Positions 8,827 to 19,943 of a stretch of 54,333 nucleotides of DNA are shown here, piece by piece. Positions within the stretch are counted from its first letter, which is position 1; each line of letters begins with the position of its first letter. Below the pieces are notes generated by a model. The model was not told the DNA's origin and did no database searches. It was given only the letters and a program-made list of their open reading frames with translations. Made by a program: the position numbers and the translations under genes. The DNA lies in IMG/VR virus record IMGVR_UViG_3300038416_000116, positions 1-54,333 of that record; one strand, given 5' to 3'. Source of the DNA: a virus. Lineage: Duplodnaviria; Caudoviricetes.

Positions 8827-10449
8827 TTACTTTGCAGGTTCAGTCGGAGGAGTTGGAGGTGCAATAGGTACTTCAGGCATACCCGGTAGCTCAGGCATCA
8901 CTTCGGCTTTAGGGCCTTCACCCATCCCTGCTCCACCCATTTCTTCGCCGATTCCAGCGCCTGGAGCTCTCTCACCTAAGTTACCTCCCCCACCGACGGG
9001 TTTAGAAACCATAGGTAATCTACCTTTACCCACTCCCTTATCAAAGACTGTACCCCTTTCTTTTTCAAGATTGAGAGACTCTGTGACGTAATCAAGATCA
9101 GGAAACTTACCAAATAAAGTCTGAGTACTAATAATACCATCTTTCCAAAAATCATAATAAAGCTTTCTTTCTACATCTCTTTCTTCGATATCTAAAGACT
9201 TATACCAAGAAATAGTAGGAAGAATATATTCTTTCTTTCCTCTAACAGTCTTATATAAATTGTTCTTTACTGCTAGAGGCATAAAGAAATGTCTTAGCAT
9301 CCAATTTTCAAATTCGTCTCTGATAGTCTTATAGACCATCATTAACTTATGTAGAGACATTGTTTTAGCGTTACTAAAGCTAGGACCTTCTCCTAAGATT
9401 ACATTCTTATTAACTCCAAGACCTACCATAATCTGGTCTTGAATGTAAGTATATTCATTCGTAATAGGGAAGAACGATTTACCGCTTGTACTCAAAGCAT
9501 CGTACTTAACGATGGGGGGGAATACGAGCGAAAATGGAGGATTCTGAACAGCTAAGTTAATAGTGTTCTTAAACTTTTCAAGATCTGCTTCATTGGGCCA
9601 AATATCTTTAGCGGCGTCTCCAATCTGCCATAGTTCCACAGGATAAACGTATCTCTGGGCAAAAGACGATTGAGCCATGCGAATCCAATCTTGATAAATT
9701 AAAATCTTAAATAGTCTCTGAATAACAGGAGTACCTCGAGTAGCTGAAGGATCGGTAATACGTGCAATCATACTCACACGATCAGGATCTAGAGGAATCA
9801 TACGATTATTCTTAACACTTTCCATAACTACATCTGGAATAGCTTTCTGTCTTTCTAAAGCTACCGGATCAACAGATCTAACTAGCTTTTTGAGCTCTTC
9901 AGTGGGTACCAACTCAAATCGAGGATTATCTTCGAATACTTCCTGACGAATTTCAATTAACTCAGGCTCTAACAAAATAAAACTATGCCACTTCCACATA
10001 TTGTCTTTTTCATCATGAATCAAATTACCGAAAGGAATAGCTTCTCCGAACTTCCAGTAAGAAAGACTAGCACGCCTTAAAAAGGTATATAGATCAAAAG
10101 AAGGGCTAGAAGCTGCTTCTTTATAAAATTGAGTAACAGAAGGATCTGATGTAATAATATCAAACTTTGAAAGAGGATAGTCTGCGTGCATGTCAATGAT
10201 ACTGGATACATAAGGATCCAAGTTATAAAAGATTCTGCACCACTTGAGAATCTCTACGCGCGACTTAGGCAGTAGGAAAGATTCTGTGGTTAGTTCAGGA
10301 CTATAGAAGAAAGAAGAGGTGTTAGAGGAAGGAAATGCTACGCCACCGAGGCCGCCTTGAGCCTCTCTAGTTATACCTCCAGAGGAGATACTTTTGGCGG
10401 AGACACCTGTCTTTACGATACGAGGTTCACTAACTTTTCGCTTACCCAT
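8827..10449 (-). CDS. Portal protein
   Basis: 540 aa downstream of terminase; CRIFYNLDPYVSSIID, YWKFGEAIP, RGTP, GEGPSFSN; Gly/Pro tail. Confidence 0.8.
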   Translation of the reverse strand: MGKRKVSEPRIVKTGVSAKSISSGGITREAQGGLGGVAFPSSNTSSFFYSPELTTESFLLPKSRVEILKWCRIFYNLDPYVSSIIDMHADYPLSKFDIITSDPSVTQFYKEAASSPSFDLYTFLRRASLSYWKFGEAIPFGNLIHDEKDNMWKWHSFILLEPELIEIRQEVFEDNPRFELVPTEELKKLVRSVDPVALERQKAIPDVVMESVKNNRMIPLDPDRVSMIARITDPSATRGTPVIQRLFKILIYQDWIRMAQSSFAQRYVYPVELWQIGDAAKDIWPNEADLEKFKNTINLAVQNPPFSLVFPPIVKYDALSTSGKSFFPITNEYTYIQDQIMVGLGVNKNVILGEGPSFSNAKTMSLHKLMMVYKTIRDEFENWMLRHFFMPLAVKNNLYKTVRGKKEYILPTISWYKSLDIEERDVERKLYYDFWKDGIISTQTLFGKFPDLDYVTESLNLEKERGTVFDKGVGKGRLPMVSKPVGGGGNLGERAPGAGIGEEMGGAGMGEGPKAEVMPELPGMPEVPIAPPTPPTEPAK

Positions 10450-10452
10450 ATT

Positions 10453-10686
10453 TTATTGCTCCATAGCTGGCACTAGTTCTTGTGCTTTTAATTGGGCTGC
10501 TTCTAAAATACTTAATTGAGTAAGTAGATTTTGTCTACTGTATAGAAGAGCATCAATAACACCCTCAAGGGGCTTACTATTTAAAGTAATAGAGTCTATA
10601 GAAGTATGAATGTTACTGGTACCTTCTATAAGTACATCTAAAGCGTTAATGGCTGTCTTGAGCTGGTCGATTTCCTTGCTGTACAT
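10453..10686 (-). CDS. Hypothetical coiled-coil protein
   Basis: 77-aa ORF between terminase and portal. Confidence 0.5.
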   Translation of the reverse strand: MYSKEIDQLKTAINALDVLIEGTSNIHTSIDSITLNSKPLEGVIDALLYSRQNLLTQLSILEAAQLKAQELVPAMEQ

Positions 10687-10858
10687 TTTTAGATTCCTGA
10701 ATCATTTCGTTACCTTTCCGGAGGTAGTAATCACTAATACACTTCTTCATTGCCGGTGCACACCGATCGCACCACGCAAAACGTACTCCAGGTATATCAG
10801 ATAGCTGTCCACAAACACCACAAGCTTCCGGAATAGGACGCTCTACTTTTATCTTCAA
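10646..10858 (-). CDS. Small Zn-finger protein
   Basis: CGVC...CDRC; overlaps terminase stop. Confidence 0.5.
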   Translation of the reverse strand: MKIKVERPIPEACGVCGQLSDIPGVRFAWCDRCAPAMKKCISDYYLRKGNEMIQESKNVQQGNRPAQDSH

Positions 10859-12450
10859 GGGGTATCCATCCCAAAAATGCGCTTACCATAATCGGACATA
10901 CCTGGTCTAGCACTGTAAAGACCTCTATTTATTCCACTCATTGGTATTTTATACAGTGGTCGATTCATTCCCAGAGTCTCTGACTTATCTGCGGCCCACA
11001 CAGCTAACATATCGGAAAAGACTCCATCATCATGACTGCCACTAGGAGCTCTAATCAAATCGTTAAGACCTACACCACTATGTCTTTCTAAAGAGCACCA
11101 TTCATAAAAATGTTTTCTCATTATACGATGTTTTTCCATGGACTCAAAGGAAGGCATTTTAACTCTATCTGCCTGGAGTTCGAATTTAAAGTGGTGAGCC
11201 ATCGCATTCTTGTAATTTTTATGAGAAGAAGGCTCCGTCTGCGCGAACATGATACCTGCGACAGCAATCTTATTATTCTTAAAAATTTCAACGGCAGTGA
11301 TACCTACATTACTATAGTCAACGCAACCGAAGGCACAAGGAAATAATCCTCCAATAGGATTAACAATCTCTAGGACGTCTTTTAATTGTCCCAGAGTTTC
11401 GCCTCCTTGCCACTCAAAGCAACAAATTTTTTCTTTAATTCCAGTACCTGACTTTCTCCAAATAGAAAGAGAAGTAAAGTCCAAATCACTCTTACCTGGA
11501 ATAATAGAACCTGAAGCTGTGTCAAGGCCGAAGAAGTAAGTTTCTCCTGTCTGAGGAGACTCCATGATTTTGTGAGTACCTAAAATCTTTTCTTGTTCTT
11601 CACTAGACAAGAAAGTATTTAAGTCGTCTACCCAAGTCATATTGTACTGAGTCTGGAATTCTAACTCCGTCATATCTCCGTCGTAGTGAAGTTCAGGATT
11701 ATTTGGAAACATTTTCTGCTTGATAGACATAGGTACTCTATCCAAAACAGTAGAAGGGTATTTTTTACCTTCTATTTCTTTAAATCCAGATCTCAAAAGG
11801 AGAGGAGATTCTGTCCAGTTGTGTTGAAGAATCTTATATTTAGGATCACCATAACTTCTATAAAAGTGATTTTTATAGAGAGGGATTCCAATTTTAATTA
11901 ACTTATAAATCTTTTTACTACCTAACATAGGTAGTATTCTCTGGGTCATAGCGATATCAGTAACTCTATGAGCCTCATCGACTGCTATTACATCGAAGTG
12001 CCAGCCTTCCTGTTGAGACGTTTCCGCAGCAGACAAGGCTAACATATACGAACCATTCTTAAACATTAATCTATGAGCAGTTGTTCTAACCCAGTCTACT
12101 TGTTCATGGAGTTTAGTTCCTGTTAGTAAAGTACGTGCTTCAGAAATAATACGTCCAGCCTGATCGGTACGAGGACCAAATATACCTATTTCAAGATTAG
12201 GGTTGTCTACAGCCATTTTAATAAGTCCCGCGCATACACCCCAAGTTTTACCCGAACCACGTGAGCCAATCACCACCATATATCTAGTATTAAGATCTGC
12301 AACAGCTTTCATGATATCATTCTGGTTACTAAAAACTTCAGCACTTAGAAAAGCTTTTGCCCAGAGTTTAGGATCGTTAGCTTGCATTACATAGTCTTTA
12401 GATCTCTTAGCAATCTCAGACCAGATTTGTTTTTGTAACTGATTATCCAT
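10855..12450 (-). CDS. terL: Terminase large subunit
   Basis: Walker A GSRGSGKT, Walker B IAVDEAH, nuclease FGLDTA and SHDD. Confidence 0.9.
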   Translation of the reverse strand: MDNQLQKQIWSEIAKRSKDYVMQANDPKLWAKAFLSAEVFSNQNDIMKAVADLNTRYMVVIGSRGSGKTWGVCAGLIKMAVDNPNLEIGIFGPRTDQAGRIISEARTLLTGTKLHEQVDWVRTTAHRLMFKNGSYMLALSAAETSQQEGWHFDVIAVDEAHRVTDIAMTQRILPMLGSKKIYKLIKIGIPLYKNHFYRSYGDPKYKILQHNWTESPLLLRSGFKEIEGKKYPSTVLDRVPMSIKQKMFPNNPELHYDGDMTELEFQTQYNMTWVDDLNTFLSSEEQEKILGTHKIMESPQTGETYFFGLDTASGSIIPGKSDLDFTSLSIWRKSGTGIKEKICCFEWQGGETLGQLKDVLEIVNPIGGLFPCAFGCVDYSNVGITAVEIFKNNKIAVAGIMFAQTEPSSHKNYKNAMAHHFKFELQADRVKMPSFESMEKHRIMRKHFYEWCSLERHSGVGLNDLIRAPSGSHDDGVFSDMLAVWAADKSETLGMNRPLYKIPMSGINRGLYSARPGMSDYGKRIFGMDTP

Positions 12451-13007
12451 TATGATTGCAGTTTAGGATGTTGCGATAAATAGTTATAGACATCTGTAGG
12501 AGTCATACACTTAACTTGATCTGAAGTAAAATCTGCGCCGAGATAATCTTCCAGTATAATAGCCGCTAGTTCGGAGCAAAAATAACCTTGTTGGCTAATA
12601 GGATTCTTAATCTTACGACCGGCTAAAGCAGCTATTTTAACAGCTAAGATACCTAAAGCTGCTCCCAAGCTATAAGGTATACCTACGTTATCAATAGCAA
12701 ATTGAACAACCTTCATCTTTGTAGCTTCCGACACGGGGATAGTAAATTCCTTTACTATAACCTCTTGTGATTGAAATAAAGGAAGGCCGATAAAATTGAC
12801 CCTTAAACCACTTGCTTGATAAACAAGATCTCTATCATAAGAGTCAGAATGAAAACGAATATACGAATGAGAAAAATTACTTCCATCTACGAGCATTATT
12901 GCCCAAGCAAAAAATGGGGGTGGAAGATATGATGTTATTGGACGAGAAAATCCAAAAACAATATTATCTACACTCATTGCTTGTAGATCTCCATAAGAAT
13001 AGCGCAC
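12450..13007 (-). CDS. Permuted papain-like NlpC/P60 amidase (YiiX/YebB-like)
   Basis: FSHSYI...GIPYS...YFCSELAA...TP.D, His before Cys. Confidence 0.7.
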   Translation of the reverse strand: MRYSYGDLQAMSVDNIVFGFSRPITSYLPPPFFAWAIMLVDGSNFSHSYIRFHSDSYDRDLVYQASGLRVNFIGLPLFQSQEVIVKEFTIPVSEATKMKVVQFAIDNVGIPYSLGAALGILAVKIAALAGRKIKNPISQQGYFCSELAAIILEDYLGADFTSDQVKCMTPTDVYNYLSQHPKLQS

Positions 13008-13798
13008 CAGAATTGATAACCTGCTGTATGAGTGAATTGAAATCTAAATTTATTTGTGTGAAGAGTAGCACTATAATTCAGCAGTTTAGCTGCTCTACCA
13101 TCAGCGTCAAGACCTACCGAACCATCAATATATGACAGATTAACATTCTGAATAAAATTTTTAGATCCTCCATATACAGCGGGAATATCTGGAACAGCAA
13201 TAACGTTTAAAAATACATCTGAAGTCGGCTGCGTATCCATACGAAGACATCCACCTGCCACACAAATATTATAAGGAGGTTCAATATCTAAAACCGTCTT
13301 AACACAATTTCCTTGTAATGAAGGATTCGTAATAAGAGTTCCTGAAGCATCGTAAAGACTAATTGTTGCATCGCCAACAGGATTTCCATTTAGATCATTA
13401 TTAATTAGCCCACCTACTGTAGCCAACTGAACCTCTATCATGCGATAGTTAAAGTTCCAGCCAGTAGGGGCAACCTTTACACGACTTAATTGGGCTCCAT
13501 CTGTATCTATCTGAGCAGTTGTTTGAATTATTGTAGGGGGTTGGGGTCCAGCAGGTGTAATAGTTGGAAGTGTTAGATCCATTGTTCCTGTAGGAATAGT
13601 AGAAGAAAAAGTCCATAACGCGTTAAGTTCCGCGAGTTTGTTTGCAATTTGTGCCTTAAGCCAATTCATATCTTGGTTAGCAGATGACGCGGTAAAGCTA
13701 TCACTAAAGGTGATAGTACTATCAGGACTAGTGTAGTTGATTAGGATTCGAATTTGACTTCCAATATTTTCAGTTCCTATAATATTATATGTCCACAT
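12974..13798 (-). CDS. Hypothetical virion protein
   Basis: 274-aa beta-rich ORF with SD. Confidence 0.55.
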   Translation of the reverse strand: MWTYNIIGTENIGSQIRILINYTSPDSTITFSDSFTASSANQDMNWLKAQIANKLAELNALWTFSSTIPTGTMDLTLPTITPAGPQPPTIIQTTAQIDTDGAQLSRVKVAPTGWNFNYRMIEVQLATVGGLINNDLNGNPVGDATISLYDASGTLITNPSLQGNCVKTVLDIEPPYNICVAGGCLRMDTQPTSDVFLNVIAVPDIPAVYGGSKNFIQNVNLSYIDGSVGLDADGRAAKLLNYSATLHTNKFRFQFTHTAGYQFWCAILMEIYKQ

Positions 13799-13806
13799 AA
13801 GATCTC

Positions 13807-14193
13807 CTAAATACCTACACCAGTCATCATTTGTCTAGTATTATCTTTCGTAAATGTAATAGCTGGAAAAAATGCGGCCGCGGAAACACAATACCCATTA
13901 GCCGTACCTGTAAATGTAGGGGTATAACTACCTGTAGCTCCAGGTAAATAATCAGCGTCCGCTGATTCATTGTTTGGATTTCCTTCACTAACAAAGGGAG
14001 CAGTAACTGCCGTAACCTGATTAACAACATTACACACTGCCACAACCACATCGCCTGAATTTGTTGTAGTTAAAGTAGGACCTGTAAGAGTAGTCGCAGC
14101 AGCACTTCCTAAAGTAACTACGCCTGAAACATCAATAGGATTGCTTAATGCCGCTCCTGAATATTCAAGGACGCCTCCCATAAATGGTGGCAA
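13807..14193 (-). CDS. Beta-rich virion protein fragment, possibly 5'-truncated
   Basis: LEYSG...TTTNSGDVVVA motif; no clear SD or start. Confidence 0.4.
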   Translation of the reverse strand: MPPFMGGVLEYSGAALSNPIDVSGVVTLGSAAATTLTGPTLTTTNSGDVVVAVCNVVNQVTAVTAPFVSEGNPNNESADADYLPGATGSYTPTFTGTANGYCVSAAAFFPAITFTKDNTRQMMTGVGI

Positions 14194-14260
14194 GAGACTT
14201 GTCGTTAGTTATCAGTTCACTACAAGTAGTATATAGTGGTTTAAGATTGTATGTCATAAT

Positions 14261-14488
14261 TTAAGGAAGGTCAACAAACTGATCTTTACGACACTTAACA
14301 CATGAAAGAAGATTAGTTAATTTAAAAGTAATTCCCGGGGGAGATTGTCTAACCCATACCTGACGAGTACTTTTATATTCATGAGAACAATTAACTTTTG
14401 ATAATAAAGGAACTAAACTTGAAGGTAATACTGTTTCTAATATAGGAGATACTTTAAATCGAAAAAAATCTTTTATAGCTTTCCACAT
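14261..14488 (-). CDS. Small Zn-binding hypothetical protein
   Basis: CSHEY...CVKC; GAGG SD. Confidence 0.5.
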   Translation of the reverse strand: MWKAIKDFFRFKVSPILETVLPSSLVPLLSKVNCSHEYKSTRQVWVRQSPPGITFKLTNLLSCVKCRKDQFVDLP

Positions 14489-14544
14489 TTAGGTACCTCT
14501 ATAAAAAGAGGAGACTACTTTCTTTAAAGAAAGAAAAGTAGTCA

Positions 14545-14751
14545 TTAGGCTGCAGGTGTATCTGTTGGAGGTACTACTGGAGCAGGTGGAGGAGTAGACC
14601 CTTTAAGCTCTAGCAGAGCAGCTATAGCACCTTGGAGTTCAAGTCCTCGCTGTAAAAGCGCCCTTTTAACGTCTTCAAGTCTATTTAATTCTGCTTTAAT
14701 CTTTTCAAGTTCTGCAGCTTTTAATGCATGTAGTTCGTCTAATGCTGACAT
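14545..14751 (-). CDS. Small coiled-coil protein
   Basis: 68 aa, AGGAG SD. Confidence 0.55.
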   Translation of the reverse strand: MSALDELHALKAAELEKIKAELNRLEDVKRALLQRGLELQGAIAALLELKGSTPPPAPVVPPTDTPAA

Positions 14752-14767
14752 AGTAATCTCCTAATCT

Positions 14768-17368
14768 TTACTTTTTAAATATCTCTGCAATCATGTTAAG
14801 GGAAGATACGACCCCGACCTGATCCATGAGAATATTTTTCTTCTTTTCTAGAGCAGCCATTTCTTCTTCTAGCTTTCTAGCTGTCTCCCAATCTTTCGAC
14901 TTCATTAAGTCGTCCTGCAGCTGATGTATCTCTTGAATAGTGTTGTCTGCTTTCGCTTGCTGCGACTCGGGAAGCTTTACAGTCTTCAGAGCTGCAGCCC
15001 TTTCTTTCTCTAGCTTTTCAATAAGATTTTGAAACTTTTCAATACCTTGAGAAGTAGTTACAGGACCTTCTTGAGCTAAGTATCTAGAAAATAGATCATC
15101 AACTTGCATCATTTTCTGTGATACCGCTGCAGCTTGGGCCGCTTGTTCATCTTCACTCGGAAGACCTTTAAACATTTCCCACAATTCCTCTTCTTTAGCA
15201 GATACGGCCTGTGTCAGCTGAGTCAACTTAGATCTAATGCCATCTAATTCTGTTTGCATCTTGTGCTCATCTTCCAACAGCTTACGAAGTTCCTTAGAAC
15301 CCTTAGCTATTTCTACAGGATCCTTGAAAGGATCTTCCGTGGACTTACGAGCAGATAGATGTGCAAATTCTTTAAACTTAGCTATAAGAGCAGCTTTATA
15401 AGCATCATCAGAGACGGAACCTCTTTTCATTTCCTTACGAATAGTTTCCATCTCTTCTTTACGCTTAGCTTGCTGTTTTTCTAACTGAGCTTTTGTATGC
15501 TCGTCATGAGTACCATCAATTTCACTTTGAGCATTTTCAACAATGGTCTCTAGCTCTAAGAGCTTGTCATGCTTCTCCCTAGACTTCTTCCAATTATCGT
15601 GAATTGTATGAACTTGTTTTCGAAGATCATTTCGAAAATTAACAAGCATATGATTATAAATTTCTTGCATCTCTTTAGTAGGAAGACCTGCTGGCCAATC
15701 ATCTTTTAGCCAAGACAGTAATCCCGCTTCGACGTAGATGTTTGAATCAGCTAGAGCTTGAAGAAAAGGGTGCTGAGCAGAAGCATGTTCGGCCAATCCA
15801 GCGTCTTCAGATTCACCAAGATCTTCTTTAGCAATCTGACCCTCTTGTTCACCAGCAGCTTCCTCTTCCTTTTCAAGCTCTTCTTCTGTTTTCTCAACAA
15901 TCTCGTCGACAGTCTTAGGAGCGTCAGCGGGAGCCTCTCGAGTATCGAACTCGGGCCCCATCGCTTTCTCTTTCTCGCGCTCTTGTTTCTTATGAGCCGA
16001 CTCTCTTTCCTTAAGACCCCTGTATTCGCCAGGAGATACGAATACGCTAATACCTTCTTCTTCAGTAAGATGACTATGATCGCTCTTACCATCATTTAAA
16101 GTTATAACACCATTTTCATTCTTAACTACCTTACCTTTAACTTCCCCTTCATCAGATATATAAATGACATCTTGCCCTTCCTTTAAGTCTTTAGCAGGAA
16201 TAGCTGATACCTTTTCAATTTGATTCTTCAAAGAAGACGTCGCAGGTACTTCCGCAGGAGCTGGAGCAGATGTTGCAGCTCCTTCACCTTCTGCAGGACC
16301 TTCATTCATTAAGTCTTCCAACGAAATAGAGGGGGCTGGTTCTAATTTTTCTTCCTCGGATTCAGGTGCTTCTCCCCCTTTAGGCTCTTTTAGGAGCTCT
16401 TTCTTTGCACCTTCCCCGACATTTTTTGTATTTTTCCAAAAATCCTCGAGATCCTCTCTGGACTCAAAAAAGATATTTTGAATTACGGCTTTTCCAGAAG
16501 TCTTAGTCCATTTAGCTGTAACGCTATCGTATTGTAATCCATACTGATTAGCGTCGGGTGTTAGACTGCTGCAAATCTGATTAAAATCTTTAAAAGATAT
16601 TTCCTCTAAAATAAGGGTAGGGGTAGCATTTCCTACACGTGTTATAGTAGCTGCGTTCCTTAAAATGTCCCCTTCTAAAGTATAGGCCCTAGACCAAAAT
16701 GAAATTGTGTAGTTATCAGTACCACAATGAGTTCTAGAGTCGGTAGAAAACGAAGAAGTAGGGTTACCTAAAGGATTTTCAGTAGCTACTTTAAATTTGC
16801 GTAGAGCTACTTTTAGAAATTCGTCACTAAATTTAACTTTGATTTGATTTTTAGAACTAACTAAATCCCATCCTGGAACAAAAGAAGACATGGTATGACT
16901 ATCAAAAGTTTTAGTAACTTCTTCAGGGGTAGCAAATGACTGTACACCCTTGAAAAAATCTTCTGTCTGAGCTGCAGCTATATCAGGGCTAACTGAGTGT
17001 AGCGCGTCAATTTTATGGAGCTGTGTTTCCATCCCATCAAATAACCGCTGAGCCTCCTCAATACTCTTGCACTGTTTAGAGAAAACGCTGCGACCTTGTG
17101 AATCGCCTTTCCAAAAAGCCCCTACTTCACACTTTAAAGGAGGCTCTTGTTCATCACTGCTCTTATCCTGAGATGCGTCCATAAAAAGAACTAGTGGACG
17201 AGCTTCTTTATTAGCAGCTTGTAAGTCAGGTACCTGAAAAGTAGTCTCGTGATGTTCGCCTTTATAACTCTTGTACTCTGCGTCAGCTTCCTTAGCAATA
17301 TCTTCTCCAGCTACGTGCTTAAGCCATTCGGGGACAAGATCACCTTGAGTAATGAAATCTTTTGACAT
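14768..17368 (-). CDS. Large coiled-coil hypothetical protein (possible internal virion protein)
   Basis: 866 aa, E/K-rich, GAGGAG SD. Confidence 0.6.
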   Translation of the reverse strand: MSKDFITQGDLVPEWLKHVAGEDIAKEADAEYKSYKGEHHETTFQVPDLQAANKEARPLVLFMDASQDKSSDEQEPPLKCEVGAFWKGDSQGRSVFSKQCKSIEEAQRLFDGMETQLHKIDALHSVSPDIAAAQTEDFFKGVQSFATPEEVTKTFDSHTMSSFVPGWDLVSSKNQIKVKFSDEFLKVALRKFKVATENPLGNPTSSFSTDSRTHCGTDNYTISFWSRAYTLEGDILRNAATITRVGNATPTLILEEISFKDFNQICSSLTPDANQYGLQYDSVTAKWTKTSGKAVIQNIFFESREDLEDFWKNTKNVGEGAKKELLKEPKGGEAPESEEEKLEPAPSISLEDLMNEGPAEGEGAATSAPAPAEVPATSSLKNQIEKVSAIPAKDLKEGQDVIYISDEGEVKGKVVKNENGVITLNDGKSDHSHLTEEEGISVFVSPGEYRGLKERESAHKKQEREKEKAMGPEFDTREAPADAPKTVDEIVEKTEEELEKEEEAAGEQEGQIAKEDLGESEDAGLAEHASAQHPFLQALADSNIYVEAGLLSWLKDDWPAGLPTKEMQEIYNHMLVNFRNDLRKQVHTIHDNWKKSREKHDKLLELETIVENAQSEIDGTHDEHTKAQLEKQQAKRKEEMETIRKEMKRGSVSDDAYKAALIAKFKEFAHLSARKSTEDPFKDPVEIAKGSKELRKLLEDEHKMQTELDGIRSKLTQLTQAVSAKEEELWEMFKGLPSEDEQAAQAAAVSQKMMQVDDLFSRYLAQEGPVTTSQGIEKFQNLIEKLEKERAAALKTVKLPESQQAKADNTIQEIHQLQDDLMKSKDWETARKLEEEMAALEKKKNILMDQVGVVSSLNMIAEIFKK

Positions 17369-17386
17369 GGTAAAATTCTCCTCGAA

Positions 17387-18742
17387 TTACTGGTTGCGTG
17401 GCTTATAGTCAGCTGCATCATCCTTAGCAACATTTCTAACTTTTTTAAAAGTCCAATGAGGATCAGAATCTTTTTGAGTACTTAACTGATCATCAGACTT
17501 AGAGGTAAGTTCCCATCGATCATCATCTAATTCAATTATATCGCCAACGTTAAGAGACTTAGGAAGAGTTTCTCTGTTAACTCGAAGAGTATCCGGAGGT
17601 AATACTGTTGAACCGATACCTCCGTCAGCTTTCTTTGTAACCGGAACAACTGCATCAGAAGTCATATACGCCGGAACAGATGTACTCTTAATTTCGCGAT
17701 CAATACTTTTTGCACTCTTTAACAGCGCCGTGATCTGTTCGAAGGTAGGTAATTTCATACCATCCCCTGAAACAAAAACTTCTAGAGGAACCATCTTATA
17801 ATCTTTACCATCCATCATTTCTGCTTCGAGACACACTTTACCTGCACGAGTTTCAAGATCATATTCCGTAGAAATATGTTTGAGCTTTAATGCGGCAGCC
17901 TTTGACTTAAGAGAATCGGTTAAGCTAACCATAGCTCTCTGAGAGATGCGATCTTTTAGATCATCTAAAGACTTCTTATGAGCTTCCAGTGCGAATCGAG
18001 TACCTTCAAAAGTTTTATAACTTGTTGCTAGAGGAGACTCTTCAGGGGTCTTAGGAGATTCCGTAGTCCACGCCTTAACCTTATAAATTTCTTCGTCTCT
18101 AGAAATCTTATCTACAATAGTAGGTTCTTTAAAAGTTCCTTTAAAATTAACAGTGGCAGGCCAACCCTGGGCTTCATCAGAAAACATATCCTTTAGTAAA
18201 GCTTCTTTATTAACACACTCGGTATACTCACTCTTAGAAACAGCCCCAATAGGACTAATATCCCCGTAGGCAGCACTATGGTAAATTTTTAGATACTTAC
18301 TACCATCATTAACTACTTTAAAATCTTCTAGAGATGCCTTTACATTAGAAGACTTAGCTTCAGAGATAGACGCCTCAACAGCTGGGGCCGCTTTTAGCTC
18401 AGTGTCTAAAACTTTGTCGTTAATTACTAAATCGTTATCTATAAGAGCGACCGATAAATCTGCTTTCTTGATTTGTCGCCCATCTGTAAAAGTGGCGACA
18501 ACTTTTAACTTGCCCGAGTAAAGAAGAGCACTAGATTTAGTATCTTCTTTAGCGACAAGATCTGTCAGAGTGGAGGCGACAATCTTAATGCCCTCAGCAC
18601 GCTTCTTTTGTAACTTGGCTATAACTAGCTTCTCAGCCTTGTTACAAAAGTCCTTCTGGGCGAGTTCTTTCTTGAACTCCGCATTGGTTTCCGAGAAGTT
18701 GGTCGGCCGAAAAAGTCTCTGTTTGTCATCATTATGTGCCAT
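17387..18742 (-). CDS. Hypothetical protein (possible virion)
   Basis: 451 aa, first gene of minus-strand operon. Confidence 0.6.
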   Translation of the reverse strand: MAHNDDKQRLFRPTNFSETNAEFKKELAQKDFCNKAEKLVIAKLQKKRAEGIKIVASTLTDLVAKEDTKSSALLYSGKLKVVATFTDGRQIKKADLSVALIDNDLVINDKVLDTELKAAPAVEASISEAKSSNVKASLEDFKVVNDGSKYLKIYHSAAYGDISPIGAVSKSEYTECVNKEALLKDMFSDEAQGWPATVNFKGTFKEPTIVDKISRDEEIYKVKAWTTESPKTPEESPLATSYKTFEGTRFALEAHKKSLDDLKDRISQRAMVSLTDSLKSKAAALKLKHISTEYDLETRAGKVCLEAEMMDGKDYKMVPLEVFVSGDGMKLPTFEQITALLKSAKSIDREIKSTSVPAYMTSDAVVPVTKKADGGIGSTVLPPDTLRVNRETLPKSLNVGDIIELDDDRWELTSKSDDQLSTQKDSDPHWTFKKVRNVAKDDAADYKPRNQ

Positions 18743-18877
18743 TGTTAAGCCCTCTTATACTAATTAAAATTACTAAAGCGTACGACTGTCTATTTAAAAA
18801 CAACAGGATAATAGATCCTCATACGTTTCCGCAAGTATATACCCATTGTCGCCAAAAAGATTTTGTATTAATGATGT

Positions 18878-19375
18878 ATGGATTTAAAATCATTTTACAA
18901 AACCAACAAACAAAAGTTAATCTACGACCTAAAAGATATCCCTGTCGACATTCTTAGATTTCGTAAATCTCATCGGAGACTTACTTCCATCGAAAGGATG
19001 GTATCAGCCTTTCTACAAGATTGCGTCCGTTACGAAATTATACAAGGGTGCTCTACCCAAGAAATCATTAAAATAGGGAAGACAGGAAATTTCATTATAG
19101 TTGATTTTTATATTAAAGAACCTTCTCTGGTTATTGAAGTAGATGGTCCTGAACATAACGTGATGCGCGATGAAAAAAGAGACAAGGCTCTTTTCAAGTT
19201 GTTCGGAATAAAAGTTATTCGCGTGACAAATAAAGATGTGGAAGAAAATAATAAAAAGACGCGAGAATTTTTACTCAGAGAAATTTTATCTGCAAAAGAC
19301 TTTTCCTCGAGACAAATTGCATCAGCTATTAAAAAATATTGGATTACTAAAGATAGCGAGCGAAATTCTCTATGA
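18878..19375 (+). CDS. DUF559/Vsr-like endonuclease
   Basis: IVDFY...LVIEVDGPEH...RDEKRD...GIKVIRVTN. Confidence 0.75.
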   Translation: MDLKSFYKTNKQKLIYDLKDIPVDILRFRKSHRRLTSIERMVSAFLQDCVRYEIIQGCSTQEIIKIGKTGNFIIVDFYIKEPSLVIEVDGPEHNVMRDEKRDKALFKLFGIKVIRVTNKDVEENNKKTREFLLREILSAKDFSSRQIASAIKKYWITKDSERNSL

Positions 19376-19563
19376 GTTATTCAGCAGCAGATCCTCATGA
19401 GGAAAAACTTTGTTGTGTGGTACAATCCATTGGGAAACTTTATGGAAAAAATATTTGCAAACAATGTTTAAAAAATATTATTAATAAAAAAGGAGTTAAT
19501 GAAAATACATTCCCAGATATTTTAGCATTACTAAACGCATTCACGCTACATGGTAAAACTTAA
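19372..19563 (+). CDS. LCC-family Cys-rich microprotein
   Basis: KLCCVVQ...CKQC. Confidence 0.55.
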   Translation: MSYSAADPHEEKLCCVVQSIGKLYGKNICKQCLKNIINKKGVNENTFPDILALLNAFTLHGKT

Positions 19564-19870
19564 AAAAGATAGCGCTCAAAAATTATTAGATGGTGTATGC
19601 CATTTAACAGGTCATAGACTTTTTCCACAGAAAGATGTTTGTGAAAGATGTCGTAGGCCCCTGATATACTATGCTATTAGTCTCAATAATAACTATGTAA
19701 AGACAGAAGCACAGGTGCTTAAGACATCAAAATTAATTATTGAATTAAATGTATACCAAGGAGACAGAGTAGAGATAACTGCTCTATCTCGACGAGGCAC
19801 GAAGTACCGTAAATTCCATAAAAAACTTAAAATAAGAAAGCCTCGTCGTACTCTAGTCTTTAAGTTTTAG
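19550..19870 (+). CDS. Hypothetical Zn-binding basic protein
   Basis: CHLTGH...CERC. Confidence 0.5.
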   Translation: MVKLKKDSAQKLLDGVCHLTGHRLFPQKDVCERCRRPLIYYAISLNNNYVKTEAQVLKTSKLIIELNVYQGDRVEITALSRRGTKYRKFHKKLKIRKPRRTLVFKF

Positions 19871-19943
19871 GCACCATTATCAAGAACAACTTATAGGTTT
19901 ATTTATTAAATAATCCATGAAATGTTCTTAGTGTATTATAAAA